Source: Octopus vulgaris (Eukaryota). Taken from it: a stretch of 64,000 bases of DNA. Within the stretch, counting starts at the first letter, position 1, and every line of letters starts with the position of its first letter. Positions 60,888-64,000 of the stretch are shown here, in pieces. A program made the translations under genes and the position numbers. Under the pieces are notes generated by a model. The model was not told where the DNA came from and made no database searches. It was given only the letters and a program-made list of their open reading frames with translations. Location of the stretch: positions 127,162,001 through 127,226,000 of the forward strand of contig OX597815.1 in the NCBI GenBank assembly GCA_951406725.2, written 5' to 3'.

Positions 60888-62985
60888 CATCATCCTCATT
60901 GTTTAACATCTGCTTTCCATGCTGGCATGGGTTGGACAGATTGACTGGAGTCTGGGAAGCCAGGAGGCTGCACCAGGCTCCAATCTAATCTGGCAGTGTT
61001 TCTACAGCTTGATGCCCTTCCTAATGCCAACCACTCCGAGAGAGTAGTGGGTGCTTTTTATGTGCCACTGGCACAGGAGCCAGAGGGGCTGACATCGACG
61101 AAAATCGGATGGTGCTTTTTACGTGCTACCAGCACAGGGCTCACATCTACAATTTCCATTTGATATGATTGTGATATTGCTGTTGATGTTGATGTACTTG
61201 ACTCAACAGGTCTCAACTCAATAGGTCTATTCAAGTGCGGCACGTTGCCCTTCGATCCAAGGTACTTTTGAGTGGGCTGGTTATGCGATACTGGTGTAGG
61301 TTACAGCTGTGGACTCACTTTATTTGCCAGGTCTTCTCAGTCACAGCATGCCTCTAGAGGTCTTGGTCTGTTGTCATTGCCTTTGTGAGGCCTAGTTCAA
61401 AGGTCATGCTTCACCACCTCATCATATGTCTTCCTGGGTCCACCTCTACCCCGGATTCCTTCAACCGTTTGGGAGTGGGACTTCTTCACACATCTCTCCT
61501 CATCCATCCGTAGTACATGACCATACCAACTCAAACATCTCTCCTGCATGCCACATCTGATGCTTCTTGTGTCTAACATTTCTCTCAGGGTGCTTACAAT
61601 CTGTCGTGTGTGCACACTGACATTACACATCCAGTGGATCATGCTAGCTTCATTTCTTTTGAGCCTACGCATATCTTCAGCAGTCACAGCCCATGTTTCA
61701 CTGCCGTGAAGCATGGCTGTTCGTACACATGCATCATACAATCTACCTTTCACTCTGACCGAGAGGCCCTTTGTCACCAGTAGGGGTAGAAGCTTTCTGA
61801 ACTTTGCCCAGGCTATTCTTATTCTAGTGATAACACTCTCCGAGCATCCACTCCTACTACACATTTGGTCACCTGGGTAATGGAAGCTATCAGCTACTTC
61901 TAGTTTCTCCCTCTAGCATGTGAAACACTATTTTCTGATCATCTGTGGTGTTACCATTGACTCTAAGGCCATTTGATTCTAAACCTTGCTTCCACACTTG
62001 AAATTTCTTCTCTAGTTCTGGTAGTGATTCTGCTATGAGGACCAGGTCATCAGCACAGAGGAGTTCACAGGGGCAACCTGTCTTGAATTCCTCTGTTATT
62101 GCCTGGAAGTCTATGATGAATAAGATGGGGCCGAGGTCTGATACTTGGTGAACCCCTACTTCTACCCGGAATTCTTCACTATACTCATTTCCAATCTTAA
62201 CCCTACTAACGGCATCTCCGTATAGGGCCTGTACAGCCCTTATTAACCATTCGTCAATCCCCAGTTTCTGCATCACCCACCAGATAAGAAATTGGGGGAC
62301 CCTATCAAAAGCTTTCTCCAAGTCCACGAAAGCCAAATATAGGGGTTTATCTTTGGCTAGGTATTTCTCCTGCAGTTGATATACCAGGAATATAGCATCA
62401 GTGGTGCTTCTACCTGGCACAAAACCAAACTGCATCTTATCTAGGCAGACTCTCTCCCTAATTAGTTGGGCTATGACCCTCTCCATGACCTTCATCACTT
62501 GATCCAGCAGTTTGATACCCCTGTAGTTATTTCTATCTGAAGCATCACCTTTACCTTTGTAGCAGTTGACTATGGTGCTGCTACCATCACGAACTACCTG
62601 GTTTATGATATGAGTGACTAGGCCATAGCCCACACCTACAAATGTTTTAAGCTTCTCAGCAGTGATTTCTGATGGGCCGGGGGGCTTTTCCTGGCTTCAT
62701 ATCCTTAATTGTTTTATCTACCGGGATGGTGTCTATTCAGATAGCTGGTTCCTCTACTGGGTCAACATTTGGCAGGCTCTCCTCCTCCCATTCATTCTCC
62801 ACATTCAGCAGTCTTTCATAATGGCTCCTCCAAGCCTCTTTCTTTTCTGAATCATTAAAAGCAAGTACACCATCATCCATGCGGACACATTTCTCTCGTG
62901 TGACATCACAATTTTCTCTCACACACTGTCTTGCAATCCAGAATACTTCAGTTCTTTGGTCCTCACGTCACTGGACATTGGTTAC
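60888..62985 (-). mobile_element. RTE-clade LINE, 5'-truncated, with internal deletion
   Basis: ORFs 62737..62922, 61890..62633 and 61397..61864 are homologous to 31296-33760. Confidence 0.9.
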
Positions 62986-63299
62986 GAGTCCTTGTCTATG
63001 AGTCCTATATAACTGGACTGTGCAGATCATCACAAACTAGTGGGCTGTGTAGCTGACCAATTTGTATTGTGGCAACCCTACACTATCCCTATCCTCTGAC
63101 CTAACAAATACTCTATCTAGATATTATCAGGATGAAACATTTTGGTTACATACATTCACACACTCCACTCTGAAAACGACTATATTTAGCAGAGAAGCAA
63201 AATAGAAGAAGGTCAATTACCTTGAATTTTGAGACGGTCAGCTGATTCAGCTGCCTTGTCAGAAAAATCATCATTAATGAAAGACCTTCACAAATTCCT

Positions 63300-63890
63300 T
63301 TTGTCTGGCTTTAACCTAAAGAGCTCAATGTCATTTGGATATATTATTTTTTTTAGTTCCAAATAAGCATTTGTGTCAGTTCTTATAAACTGTCTGTCAT
63401 GGGGAGTTTTCGACAAGTTTGTTGAACCCTACTCCTTTTGTATACCATGTTCATACCATGTGTTTCCAGCTTCAAATCATTTCAGGCAAAGCTTCCACTG
63501 CAAAAATTCACCATGCCTCCATTTCTTGTATGCTTCCTGTGCTAACTGGGGACATTCTTCAACAATGCATGCCACTGTCTTGTCACAGATTCTACAATTT
63601 TCTGATACATTCTTCCCATGTACATTTTACCTCAAATTCTTTGCTTCTATCACCTACAATTACGTTTTCTGTTTCTTTTTTTATTGCACTATGTTTTTTT
63701 AGCCAAGCCTAGGATTTTGTTCCTCATATATCTTCAGTGGCTCTCTTACAAAGGTTTTCTTCAATCTTTGAATTTCATTCTTGTCCTTTTCTCCTATTCC
63801 ACACTTGACTATCTGTTTCTTATTCTTTCTCTTTAGTAGTTTCTCTGCATTGTTCTGCAACATTTTTGTTTCTTTTAGCCAAGCCCAGGA
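63300..63890 (-). mobile_element. R4/Dong-like C-terminal remnant
   Basis: Minus translation ENCRICDK..VEECPQLAQEAYKKWRH..QWKLC. Confidence 0.55.
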
Positions 63891-64000
63891 TCATCATTAT
63901 AATTATTGAGTGAGAGAGTGAGAGTGACACTGAGGCAAAATATACAAAGCCCAATATACCTATAATGACTACCCACCTGATACAAGTGCACCAGGCGTGT

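Noticed and set aside
63221-63315. AG...GT-bounded candidate upstream exon on the minus strand
   Set aside because: Stops in all three frames

Overview
Eukaryotic, AT-rich, repeat-dominated DNA. The repeat complement (RTE, R4/Dong, Tx1 and CR1-group LINEs, tRNA-derived SINEs, Penelope, mariner, Helitrons, long (AT)n/(TAA)n tracts) resembles a coleoid cephalopod such as Octopus; the taxon is an inference. Six phase-compatible minus-strand coding exons (714 bp over about 56 kb) of a cadherin-related gene (Cad87A/CDH23-like) run through the window; nearly everything else is intronic transposon material. The most notable structure is at 18628-30170: three head-to-tail Tx1-clade non-LTR units (two ORF1+ORF2, one intact ORF1-only). 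All three end in the same 47-bp tail, and each is followed by the same CAAC(A/C)TGGCGGAA junction. The array splits, in exact codon register, the ORF1 of a different Tx1-like family, and that ORF1 fragment appears to lie inside a non-autonomous Helitron. This suggests a sequence-specific retrotransposon, with an ORF1-only satellite, that targets another retrotransposon's gene. All alignments were done by eye; no database searches were run.
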